DNA of 64,000 nt from Tubiluchus corallicola (lineage: Eukaryota > Animalia > Priapulida): the NCBI GenBank assembly GCA_030141605.1, contig JAQGDQ010000618.1, positions 62,001 through 126,000 on the forward strand. The letters run 5' to 3'. Under the pieces are notes generated by a model. The model was not told the origin of the DNA and made no database searches. It was given only the letters and a program-made list of their open reading frames with translations. A program made the translations under genes and the position numbers. Below, piece by piece: positions 62,810 through 64,000 of the stretch. Positions within the stretch are counted from its first letter, which is position 1. Each line of letters opens with the position of its first letter.

Positions 62810-63552
62810 CTAGTAGTGTTAATACATGCATGTCCATCTGTCTAGTAGTATTAATACATGCATGTCCATCTGTCTAGTAATGTTAATACATGCATGTCCA
62901 TCTGTCTAGTAGTGTTAATACATGAATGTCCATCTGTCTAGTAGTGTTAATACATGCATGTCCATCTGTCTAGTAGTATTAATACATGCATGCCCATCTG
63001 TCTAGTAGTGTTAATACATGCATGTCCATCTGTCTAGTAGTGTTAATACATGAATGTCCATCTGTCTAGTAGTGTTAATACATGAATGTCCATCTGTCTA
63101 GTAGTGTTAATACATGCATGCCCATCTGTCTAGTAGTGTTAATACATGCATGCCCATCTGTCTAGTAGTGTTAATACATGCATGCCCATCTGTCTAGTAG
63201 TGTTAATACATGAATGTCCATCTGTCTAGTAGTGTTAATACATGCATGTCCATCTGTCTAGTAGTGTTAATATGTGCATGTCCACCTGTCTAGTAGTGTT
63301 AATACATGCATGTCCATCTGTCTAGTAGTGTTAATACCTGCATGTCCATCTGTCTAGTAGTGTTAATACGTGCATGTCCATCTGTCTAGTAGTGTTAATA
63401 CATGAATGTCCATCTTTCTAGTAGTGTTAATACATGAATGTCCATCTGTCTAGTAGTGTTAATACATGAATGTCCATCTGTCTAGTAGTGTTAATAGATG
63501 CATTTCCATCTTTCTAGTAGTGTTAATAGAAGCATGTCCACCTTTCTAGTAG
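62810..63552. repeat. 32-bp minisatellite, ~23 copies
   Basis: Unit ctagtagtgttaatacatgcatgtccatctgt. Confidence 0.97.
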
Positions 63553-64000
63553 TCATGTATATATGATTAGTCATGTATGCTCATAGAATACCTCGGTTAT
63601 TGAGTGCTTTTTTTAGGCCCTTTCAGGTTTGCAGAAATGATGTTATACTGTAGTTGAATTGCATTGCGATGCATTGCAGGTCCACATATTGCTTCACTGT
63701 GTACCATGGACAATGTACAATGTAGCTGTTAGACGCATGAAATACACAACAAGGGAGGTACACAGTTAAACAATACACGATGCTCTGATACATGGTCAGG
63801 CATTACATGGCACTGGCTATATGGTAAGGCAGGATGGTAAGAATCACTGTGATACACGGCGAGGCGGTAGAGTGTCGAAGCATATTTATTAATTTCTTAT
63901 AGTACACACTTACATAAAATACACAACCAATTAATCAAATAGAATTTACATGAAAATTAGAGGAAGAAAATATATTAATGAGTGATGAAGTGGGTGCAAG

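Noticed and set aside
62810-63552. 32-bp repeat of CRISPR-like length
   Set aside because: Units are contiguous with no spacers, and there are no cas genes.

Overview
Eukaryotic, AT-rich, intron-rich animal (invertebrate-like) genomic DNA, not prokaryotic. Most entries in the ORF track are artefacts of tandem repeats and microsatellites. Hand splicing of GT-AG exons with consistent phases gives four protein-coding genes. (1) The 5' part of a minus-strand RING-HC + B-box gene (RNF17/Qin- or TRIM-like), which probably continues beyond the left edge. (2) Head-to-head with it, a plus-strand 8-exon gene of about 923 aa: a long disordered basic-then-acidic N-terminus fused to a CCR4/PDE12/Angel-type EEP nuclease domain whose GDFN catalytic motif reads GNFA, so probably a pseudo-deadenylase. 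This is the most novel item. (3) A minus-strand A20/TNFAIP3-OTUD7-like OTU deubiquitinase with an intact catalytic Cys/His and four A20-like Cys4 fingers, preceded by a kappaB-TATA-Inr promoter-like module and carrying intronic kappaB sites. (4) NDUFAF4 on the minus strand. The rest holds many MITEs (hAT, Tc1/mariner, piggyBac-like), a tRNA-derived SINE, a 5S-derived segment abutting an RTE-5'-like segment, LINE fragments and many minisatellites. All calls come from manual reading; no database searches were run.
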